Under the pieces are notes generated by a model. It worked only from the letters and a program-made list of their open reading frames with translations. It was not told where the DNA came from and searched no databases. 64,000 nt of DNA from a virus: positions 49,910 through 113,909 of the IMG/VR virus record IMGVR_UViG_3300028837_003833; one strand, given 5' to 3'. Shown here piece after piece: positions 42,032 to 50,029 of this stretch. Every line of letters starts with the position of its first letter. Position 1 is the stretch's first letter. Made by a program: the position numbers and the translations under genes.

Positions 42032-42718
42032 TTATTTATATTTAGATTTCAATTCTTTAAGTTTTCTTAATGATTCTGACACACTATCTCCTTTATCTAT
42101 TTTTCTCACTTCCAAATTAATATGGGATTTAGCATCCTCTACCGTTATATTCGGTACATAAATATCTTCTACTCTACGATTCTCTTCCGATATAGTAGGA
42201 ATACCTATACCAGAACGAGTAATTATCCCCTCCAACTTATTTAAAATATCCTCACTTTTATTATCCTTATTATCTTGTATTTTTGCTTCAAGACCTTTAA
42301 GGGCTTCCTGGATAGTAGACATATCTACAGCGGTAGGACTTTTCTCCAACCTCTCTAACCTATCCAGAATAGCTAACAATATAGTATTATCTTGAGATGA
42401 GGGCTTATCCTTAATAATTTTTTCTAATTCCTGAATTCTATCCAAAAGCGCATCTATTTTTAAATTTTCTTTTGAATTAGAAACAGGTTCAGGAGCTTTA
42501 ATATCAGAGGATACAATAGCAGCATGAGCATCAAAAGAACCAGGTTTATCTTCTGACTTTTTAAGAACTACAAGGATCTTTCTATCGATAGCACGTTTTA
42601 AATCAACAGATCTCTCAAATTGAGAATCGGTATAAACTTTTTGCTGCTTGTAGTAAATGCAATCGTTTAGATCTTTAAGTTCTACCTTCTTTGGGGAATT
42701 TCCAATGACATAATACAT
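42032..42718 (-). CDS. Hypothetical coiled-coil protein (228 aa)
   Basis: Heptad repeats (LLDRIQELEK, ILDRLERLEK); directly upstream of the actin-like gene. Confidence 0.75.
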   Translation of the reverse strand: MYYVIGNSPKKVELKDLNDCIYYKQQKVYTDSQFERSVDLKRAIDRKILVVLKKSEDKPGSFDAHAAIVSSDIKAPEPVSNSKENLKIDALLDRIQELEKIIKDKPSSQDNTILLAILDRLERLEKSPTAVDMSTIQEALKGLEAKIQDNKDNKSEDILNKLEGIITRSGIGIPTISEENRRVEDIYVPNITVEDAKSHINLEVRKIDKGDSVSESLRKLKELKSKYK

Positions 42719-42771
42719 AATTTTAATTTTGATTTTATATAGATTTTATGCATAAAAGATAACCACTAAAT

Positions 42772-43704
42772 TTAAATTTCATATTTTGCGACAGATCTCC
42801 AAAAAAGATCATTTGCATCTTTAGGAATCTTTTCAAATTTTGGAACATCTTTCTTTGGAAGCTCTACACCATTTTCATCTACGGGTGCTTTTTCATCAAG
42901 TTCTCCCTCTTCCTCAGGCTCTTCAGTTATATCCTCTGACACAGTTTCTTCTACTACTGGATTATCCTCTTCAGGTTCAATACCCTCAGTAGGTTCTGTA
43001 TCTGTTACATCAGTATCTGTTACATCAGTATCTGTGATATCAGTATCTGTGATATCAGAAGTATCAGTATCTGTATCAGTATCTGTAACATCAGAAATAT
43101 CTGTTTCTTTAACATCAGGAGCAGAGTCTTCATCGGAATTATTATCGTAATCCTCAATATCTGTCTCTTCAGTAGTCTTTTCAGAAGGAGTCTCTTCTGT
43201 TGTCTTATCCTCAATCATTTTTTCACCAGGAGCACTTTCAGTATCTGTTTCTTCTGTCTCAGTTTCAACAGGTGCCTCAGAAGTATCAGAAGTCTCAGGA
43301 CTTGGTTCTGCAGGTGTTTCATCCATAGGAGCAGGTGAATCATCTGGAGTTGGACCCTCTTCATCGGGTTTATCCGTACCCCGTTCATCTACCGGCTCGA
43401 AAATATCTGCAGCATTAATATCATCATCAGATTCTACATAATACTTAGAGCTTTCCACTGTCGGAACATAAGACATCTTACCACCGCATGCAAGACAACC
43501 AACTTCATCATTTACACTAACATTTGCAACACGTTTAACTTTATGATTTTCAGCAGCAGTTTTACGCTTTGCATTAATGTCAGACAAAGAAGCAGTGTGA
43601 TTACATGTATCACATACAAAAAAGGTATTTTCTGCTGCTTCTTTTTCAAGTCTATCTGCTATTTCTAGCAGCTTCTCTGCAGCAAGCTTTATATTCGATC
43701 CCAT
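42772..43704 (-). CDS. Highly acidic low-complexity protein with N-terminal Zn-ribbon (310 aa), possible scaffold/internal head protein
   Basis: CDTC...CLACGG Cys pairs; Asp/Glu/Thr-rich tail; AGGAG SD. Confidence 0.7.
   Translation of the reverse strand: MGSNIKLAAEKLLEIADRLEKEAAENTFFVCDTCNHTASLSDINAKRKTAAENHKVKRVANVSVNDEVGCLACGGKMSYVPTVESSKYYVESDDDINAADIFEPVDERGTDKPDEEGPTPDDSPAPMDETPAEPSPETSDTSEAPVETETEETDTESAPGEKMIEDKTTEETPSEKTTEETDIEDYDNNSDEDSAPDVKETDISDVTDTDTDTDTSDITDTDITDTDVTDTDVTDTEPTEGIEPEEDNPVVEETVSEDITEEPEEEGELDEKAPVDENGVELPKKDVPKFEKIPKDANDLFWRSVAKYEI
42998..43057. repeat. Coding tandem repeat, 4 x 15 bp (GTATCTGT(T/G)A(C/T)ATCA), plus degenerate 6-bp units to ~43090
   Basis: Encodes D(V/I)TDT repeats in the 42772-43704 ORF. 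Confidence 0.85.
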
Positions 43705-43751
43705 GAAAAACTCCTTTGAGGCAAAAAAACTCCTAATATGTTTATATACTA

Positions 43752-43767
43752 AATTAATAGATTATTA
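43752..43767 (-). promoter_or_regulatory. Putative late promoter motif (TAATAATCTATTAATT)
   Basis: Near-consensus; directly after the stop at 43768 and upstream of 43704. Confidence 0.65.
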
Positions 43768-44046
43768 TCAATCTTCTGGGATAAAGACATTTACTGTAAA
43801 GTCTTCTTCAGTTACCTTTATACCCTTTTTCTCGGCTTTCTCAACAAAACAGTCCAAACATAGGCTCCCACCACCACCATCAGCAGCACCTGTGACTTTC
43901 TCCCACATGTCATCTTTTACTGACCAAACAATCCTAAAACAATGACCACAATCTTTACAAAACTCGTACACCCAGGAAAGACTTCTGAACATGAAGGCAT
44001 ACTTAAATCTTCTGAAAATTCTTTTGAGTATAATTTTTTTCATCAC
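43768..44046 (-). CDS. Small Cys-rich hypothetical protein (92 aa)
   Basis: CKDCGHC and CLDC motifs. Confidence 0.6.
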   Translation of the reverse strand: MMKKIILKRIFRRFKYAFMFRSLSWVYEFCKDCGHCFRIVWSVKDDMWEKVTGAADGGGGSLCLDCFVEKAEKKGIKVTEEDFTVNVFIPED

Positions 44047-45115
44047 CCCTCATCCAACTTCTATATAGCTTTTTAAGCTCACCTGACTCAATCTTAGTGA
44101 TAACCTCTTTAAAGTGCTCAATCGCGTATCCCTTTTTTATTTCAGTTTCAGAGTACCTTAAAACAAAAGGATTATATACGAACAATAACATTGATTTATA
44201 TTCATCATCTTCTACAGTATTTACTCTGAAGTAGCAGTCTGGACCGTGGAATGCCTCCCCATCACATAGGATACACACCCTGAAATCCTTTATTTTTATA
44301 ACTAAATCAGATTGCAAATGCAGGTAGGTATCTTTACCAACTTCTCTTAGAGTCTTCCATACATTATACCGTACCTTGTTATCCTTAATGAGGTCCTGTA
44401 CCTGCTCCCCAAGTAGCTCTTCTAATTTATTTGGCTTTTTACTAAAAATAATTGACTTAGGCCTTTTTCTCTTCCGCCATCTCTCTTTATGTTTTTCACC
44501 CTCTATTATTCCCGCTCTTTGCCTACAAATAAAATTTCTTTTTTTATACTCTTGATCTGTGAGAACCCTCTTGGCAACAACTTTTATGTACTTTAAGGAT
44601 GTATTATACTCTTTACATATCTTGTGTATTGGTTTGATACCCTCTACAAGATCCTTTTTTAGAAGTAGTTCTAACCTATCACATAGCTCTTTATATTCCG
44701 AATCTCTATTGACTTTCTTTTTTTGCTTTGATAAAGAATACCTTTTAGCATCAAAATCTTTATCATATTCTTTTTTTCTACTAACCTTAGTAGCCATGCA
44801 AGTTTCACATAGAACCCGAGTATTTCTCCTTGAAAAGTAACCGGATACTGGGGTACCACACTTAAAACAAACAGCTTCCCTAAATTCCTTTACAACTTCT
44901 TTCTTTACTACACCCATACGTAAGCACGTATAACAGATGTCTTGGTGCTCACTTCTTCTATCTATCCCTCTACCACATATAGTACAATTTCTCTTTTTTA
45001 CATTTTTTTCATAGTACTCTTTATGATCTATTGATGCTGTTCTTTTTAAATGATTTGTTAAAGAGTATTTATTCTGAAAGCTCTTATTACAATTTATAAC
45101 AGGACATCTTTCCAT
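44003..45115 (-). CDS. Zinc-finger / Vsr-DUF559-like PD-(D/E)xK endonuclease, probable free-standing homing endonuclease (370 aa)
   Basis: C2H2 finger (CPVINC...LTNH...H), two further CxxC pairs, C-terminal QSDLVI...ILCDGEAFH...VLRYSE; very basic. Confidence 0.65.
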   Translation of the reverse strand: MERCPVINCNKSFQNKYSLTNHLKRTASIDHKEYYEKNVKKRNCTICGRGIDRRSEHQDICYTCLRMGVVKKEVVKEFREAVCFKCGTPVSGYFSRRNTRVLCETCMATKVSRKKEYDKDFDAKRYSLSKQKKKVNRDSEYKELCDRLELLLKKDLVEGIKPIHKICKEYNTSLKYIKVVAKRVLTDQEYKKRNFICRQRAGIIEGEKHKERWRKRKRPKSIIFSKKPNKLEELLGEQVQDLIKDNKVRYNVWKTLREVGKDTYLHLQSDLVIKIKDFRVCILCDGEAFHGPDCYFRVNTVEDDEYKSMLLFVYNPFVLRYSETEIKKGYAIEHFKEVITKIESGELKKLYRSWMRGDEKNYTQKNFQKI

Positions 45116-46502
45116 ATAAGTAATCCTTTTATTATAGATGTTATACCTAATATAATAAAAGGTGGGACAGCATATACGATATTCTCAAATGTTACAGTTC
45201 TGCCTGTACGCTCATATTGATCTGGTATCTCAGGTTTATTAGGAATAGTCGGGCTTGCATCGGAGGGCCTCATAGTACGATAAGCATTCCACGCTTCTGG
45301 AACATTTATTCCACCATTTATAGCTACTGTATACCTTGGATCTTTCCTATCCAATGGAGCTAACATAAAATGCTGCTGATATATCGCCCCACGAGATCCT
45401 TGCTGATTAACGTGTGCTATAGATAAACGATCATTATTCTGTCGGACTATAAAATCACGATCATTAAGCAGAGGATAAGGGCCTGTCCAGGTATTCCAAT
45501 CATATGAAATATGTAAACCCATATCCATAAGCTGAACGGTCTTCTCTGTTTCTGGTGGAGCTATAATTATATCATATGGACCCTCATAACCTCCAATATA
45601 ACCCGTCCCAAAACAAAGATGACAGTCATTCTTCGCAGTACGATACTGATCATCCCAACAAGGACAGAGCTCTCCAGCCCATTTCCGTATAAATAATTTT
45701 ACCCGTTCTCCACCCTGTTCCAATATCCATCTATTACGCCTGATACTCTCTGCCCATATCCAATCAATCTTTTCCATATCATAAAGTCATTAGATGCATC
45801 AATACCTACGGTAGTACACTTATAATAAATTTTTCTATTAATATCTAATTGAATATGATTATTGATATACGTATAAGAAACTCTTATCTCTCCACCACTA
45901 CTCACGATAGGTAAAACAGGATCATTTAACCTATTAAATTCATGATTGTATGTTGGTTTATTTATTAAAAAAATCTCACCTGATTCTCCAAACACTTTAA
46001 ATGCAGGTACTGTTTGAAAAGTATCTAAAGACGTAGGACGAATCTCAACCTTAACATGCTTTGAATGATTAGCTATCTCTCCATTAGTACCTGGGATAAT
46101 GATCGGTTTATTGTACGTATGAACTACCCAATCACCCGTAGCATTAGTACCCTGGAGAAGTCTCCCTCCAGCTACTGGATCCTCTTGATCTACCCATACC
46201 TCCCGAGTTTCATCTCTATAATACAATGCTCCTATGGGGACATCATTTAATTTTGTATAAGGACCCTCAGGAGTATCATATGATCGATAGACATTTACAC
46301 CTAAAATGTTATATCCACTATGCTCAGCATATTCTGCAGTAGAATCCCATCTTATATCTATAACACCAATAAGATAAGGACTTGTAACATTAACATTCTT
46401 AGGACCTATAGGAAGAGTCAAAGGATTATCATTATTCCACCGATAAGGAAGTTTAAAATCCGGTCTTCCATAGTTATCCATAAAATTATGAGGTATAGTC
46501 AT
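45094..46502 (-). CDS. Putative neck/head-tail joining protein with Fn3-like N-terminal domain; frame break near 45780
   Basis: ORF 45699-46502 (IDIRWD...GVNVYRS) overlaps ORF 45094-45777 (C.C...CHLCFGTGYIGGY) in the -1 frame; the latter has no clear SD. Confidence 0.55.
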
Positions 46503-46512
46503 TTATTTTTCC

Positions 46513-48972
46513 TTAAAGAGGCATCCCTGTAGCACCATTTAATGAGGGCTGAATCCCCGTCGCACCCGTAATAGCAAAAAGCTTTTTCAACGTCACCGTA
46601 CTAGTTAATCCTGTAGCTCCTGTAAGAGATGTAGAAAAAGCACTTATATTAAAAATTGTATCATCTCCAGTTCCTGTATTGAAAAATTGTACTCTCCAAT
46701 CAGTAAAGGATCCTGATGAAAACATATTACTATAAGATCCACTAATATATTTATTATTATAGTATATAGTAAATTTATCATCTTTCAAAACAAATTGTAC
46801 TTTAATATCAGAAAATCTTTCATCAAGAGTATAAAGAGGAGGAATATATTTATTCACTTCATATGAAACGCCACCTGTAGTATATCCGAGAGTTACAACA
46901 GATAATAATCTACTTATTTTAATAAAGGCATTATTATTATTATTAAACACTTTTATCGTTAAATCAGTAGATTTCACTGTAGCAAAAACCTTAAAATCCA
47001 CACCAGGATTGAAGACAAATTCTCCTATAACATCCGCAGGAGCAGAAAGTGTTACATCATCTCTAGTAAGCTCATAAGCCCCTGGAGAACCCGTCCAAGA
47101 ACCATCTCTCACATTCGAATAAAGAACACCACTCAAACCTATATCTTTAAAACGTTCTATTCCTATTAACTTTACTCCTGTAACTCCCTTAAATGAAGGA
47201 TAATATCCAGGTTCTACAATTATAGCCGAAGGAGCAACTTCAAGAGCTTTTTTAATTGTTCTGTACGGATTAAGGTATGTCCCATCACCTATCCCAGTAT
47301 CACTACCATCGGGAGACACATAACACATGCCCGTTTCCACACTTGGATTCGAAGGATAAATTATAATGACATCATCATCAGTTCTTTCACCTACTATTAT
47401 ATCACTATCATTTAAAACAATATTTTTACTTCGAAATCTACTATAACTTGATCCATCTGAAGGGATTATATAAGGACCCGTAGCTCCATCCATATAAGGA
47501 ACAAAGTTTGTAGCTATATGTAAATCATTAGCTCCCGCTCTTTGATAACCTCTATCGGGAGAAGCATAGGGACCTGTTTCAGTACCCGGGTATGCTTTAT
47601 CAAATCCATATTCGGCAACATAATCTCCCATAGCAGTTTCATTTACATTATATTCAAAAGCTCCTATATCTCCTGTAAGACCCTGTATACCAGTCGCTCC
47701 TCGATGAAATAAATCAAAATCAAGGTCACGATCGAAAGGAGAAACCTGTTCTCTTATACCGGTATAAGATGCAGTATAACTATCTCCAACTTTTATGATT
47801 CCCATCTCTTCATAGATATTATTCCATCTCTCTGCATCACCACGATCGATATTTGGTGAAGAGGGCAGTAATCTAAAATCATCTGCATTTGGATCTCTAT
47901 ACATGGCAGTTTCTCCGATATTATCTATACCGGTTTCTCCAGTAGGAGTAAAGCCATCCCATGGAGTAGTTACCATGTCAAAGTTATTATCATTTACTTT
48001 AAGGGGGGTGTTTGAAAAAATTCCTATTGAAATAGGAGTATCTACAGCACCAACTGATTTACCTGACAAACTATTTGAATCGAATCTACTATTTTCATCT
48101 CCAATATTTAATACTTGAATAGCATCCCCAGATTCAATATCTCCTGCCTCCGAGTACATAACCCTTACCACATCATTTACTGCAAGTTCATTCTCTAAAC
48201 GAAGACCTTCCCAAGATATCATTGAACCAAAATATAGTACAGTAAAATCAGAGCCATAATTAAATGAGGGACCATTTACTACATTAAAAGCTACATCATA
48301 CTCTCCACTTCCATTATCATCAGCATATCCAGGAAGTTGTAATCTTTTATAGAAAATATCAAAACTTGTAAGAGTATAATAGACAATTCTAAGATCTGTA
48401 TCTGGAAAAGGAACAGGAGGAAGATCAAGTGCACCATAAATGGTATTTCTCCACAGATCTAATCTTTTTACGGTAGTTATTTGAAAAGCTCTTAAACCAT
48501 TTGAAAAAATATTAGAACTTGCACATATCTCTGTTGAATTAAGAATCTTTACAGCGATAGTATAATCAGTAAAAAAGTTTCTATGAAGAGATAAATAATT
48601 AACAGAAAATATTTCAATAGCAGTAACAACACTATTAAAAATACATCCCCTTATAGCTAATGAACCAACATATGTATTACTAGCTACTATACCTTTAGAT
48701 AAGCTATTAAAGGTAAGACCTTCTATAAGACCCTGAACATCCGTTAATGTTAAAGTTCCTACTATTGGAGAAGTCCCATAAGCAGCTTTAATAGAAACAT
48801 TCTTAGATACAGATAGATCACCATAAGATGATCCATCCCCATTTTGTAAAATTATTTCACCACCTTCATAGACTATACTAAGAGCATATGTGAGTGTTTT
48901 TACGGGAGAGGTAAGATCCCCTATATTTAAATCTGAGCCATATAAAGAATCAACATATATAGTGTAAAGCAT
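46513..48972 (-). CDS. Right-handed beta-helix (pectin-lyase-like) protein with two DUF1565-like starts (819 aa)
   Basis: IYVDSLYGSDLNIGDLTSPVKTL and YVSPDGSDTGIGDGTYLNPYRTI; Asn-ladder repeats; DFRLLPSSPNIDRG...DIGAFEY. Confidence 0.75.
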   Translation of the reverse strand: MLYTIYVDSLYGSDLNIGDLTSPVKTLTYALSIVYEGGEIILQNGDGSSYGDLSVSKNVSIKAAYGTSPIVGTLTLTDVQGLIEGLTFNSLSKGIVASNTYVGSLAIRGCIFNSVVTAIEIFSVNYLSLHRNFFTDYTIAVKILNSTEICASSNIFSNGLRAFQITTVKRLDLWRNTIYGALDLPPVPFPDTDLRIVYYTLTSFDIFYKRLQLPGYADDNGSGEYDVAFNVVNGPSFNYGSDFTVLYFGSMISWEGLRLENELAVNDVVRVMYSEAGDIESGDAIQVLNIGDENSRFDSNSLSGKSVGAVDTPISIGIFSNTPLKVNDNNFDMVTTPWDGFTPTGETGIDNIGETAMYRDPNADDFRLLPSSPNIDRGDAERWNNIYEEMGIIKVGDSYTASYTGIREQVSPFDRDLDFDLFHRGATGIQGLTGDIGAFEYNVNETAMGDYVAEYGFDKAYPGTETGPYASPDRGYQRAGANDLHIATNFVPYMDGATGPYIIPSDGSSYSRFRSKNIVLNDSDIIVGERTDDDVIIIYPSNPSVETGMCYVSPDGSDTGIGDGTYLNPYRTIKKALEVAPSAIIVEPGYYPSFKGVTGVKLIGIERFKDIGLSGVLYSNVRDGSWTGSPGAYELTRDDVTLSAPADVIGEFVFNPGVDFKVFATVKSTDLTIKVFNNNNNAFIKISRLLSVVTLGYTTGGVSYEVNKYIPPLYTLDERFSDIKVQFVLKDDKFTIYYNNKYISGSYSNMFSSGSFTDWRVQFFNTGTGDDTIFNISAFSTSLTGATGLTSTVTLKKLFAITGATGIQPSLNGATGMPL

Positions 48973-49023
48973 TATTTATTCCTAATTATGTTAAATTAGC
49001 TATACTCAACAAAATATAAATGT

Positions 49024-49605
49024 TTATATTTCTAGTATAGGATCAGGAGGTTGCTCTAATTCTTTAATCTCATTAATCCACTGCTGATGTAAAATCAATC
49101 CAGTAGAATATCTCCATCTATACAATGTAATCGTTTGCCAATTTCTATAAAGGTAAGGAACCCATACATTCCCACCACCAAGCCTGTTATATCTTGACCA
49201 CGCAATACTTTTAAGCATCCCCTCATCACCTATACCGTCTTCAGTAGGACATTCTATACCATCAACATAGTAATGCATTACACCATTACCAACACATACA
49301 TACGTAAGCAAATGCCACTTCTTATCATCTAATGAAACCCCTGTATACTGCTCAAGGGGCTTCGATTGAGAATTAGAAAATTCTAACCTATAATCATAGT
49401 CCCGATATCTCGAAATCTCAAACTTAATAGCTTGATCTGAATCTACTAGACCAGTACGATCAGAGACTGCCAAAGGCCATAAAGAATACTCATCTGGTAT
49501 ATAGGTATCTAATACCCACCCCATACAAGTAAAGGGTGTACATTTCTTAATATTAATAGGTTCTACAGTTATTAAGTTACTTTTAACTACAGATATGTTT
49601 GGCAT
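49024..49605 (-). CDS. LamG/concanavalin-A-like domain protein (193 aa)
   Basis: FTCMGWV...KWHLLTYVC...HYYVDG pattern. Confidence 0.6.
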   Translation of the reverse strand: MPNISVVKSNLITVEPINIKKCTPFTCMGWVLDTYIPDEYSLWPLAVSDRTGLVDSDQAIKFEISRYRDYDYRLEFSNSQSKPLEQYTGVSLDDKKWHLLTYVCVGNGVMHYYVDGIECPTEDGIGDEGMLKSIAWSRYNRLGGGNVWVPYLYRNWQTITLYRWRYSTGLILHQQWINEIKELEQPPDPILEI

Positions 49606-49631
49606 AACAATCCTTAAAATTTTATATTAAT

Positions 49632-49898
49632 TTAATAATTATATACTATTCTCAAATCTATACCTGTCTCACCCCCAGTAATACCATTTAAAACATTCTT
49701 AATATCAGAATTTACAAGGTTAAATGCTATCTGATTACCATTAGTTACTCCAAAATCCTTACCATAACGTTGTGCTGGTCCATCAGTAGGATCTACTGAG
49801 ATATCAAATCCAGAAATAGGACCAGTTGTAGGAGATTCTTTTAAATCTATCCCACCAGTGTAACCAGACAGATAATGATATTCAACTTCTATAGCCAT
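49632..49898 (-). CDS. Small hypothetical virion protein (88 aa; likely start 49898, MAIEVEYHYL)
   Basis: The track ORF begins at 50027, but the first 43 codons are AT-rich intergenic sequence containing a promoter motif. Confidence 0.65.
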   Translation of the reverse strand: MAIEVEYHYLSGYTGGIDLKESPTTGPISGFDISVDPTDGPAQRYGKDFGVTNGNQIAFNLVNSDIKNVLNGITGGETGIDLRIVYNY

Positions 49899-49952
49899 AA
49901 TATTTCCAATGTATAAATTATTGAAGATAAAAGATCGTTTATTAGTAATGTT

Positions 49953-49968
49953 TAATAACAGATTATTA
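49953..49968 (-). promoter_or_regulatory. Putative late promoter motif (TAATAATCTGTTATTA)
   Basis: Near-consensus; upstream of 49898. Confidence 0.6.
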
Positions 49969-50029
49969 TAAAATGTCTTGCACAAGAATCTAATAATAAG
50001 TATAATGCAGTAATAGGGTAGTATCACCC

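Noticed and set aside
42998-43090. CRISPR-like array
   Set aside because: Contiguous 15-bp in-frame coding repeats with no spacers.
49899-50027. N-terminal extension of the 49632 ORF to 50027
   Set aside because: AT-rich intergenic sequence containing the promoter motif; the ATG at 49898 is the plausible start.
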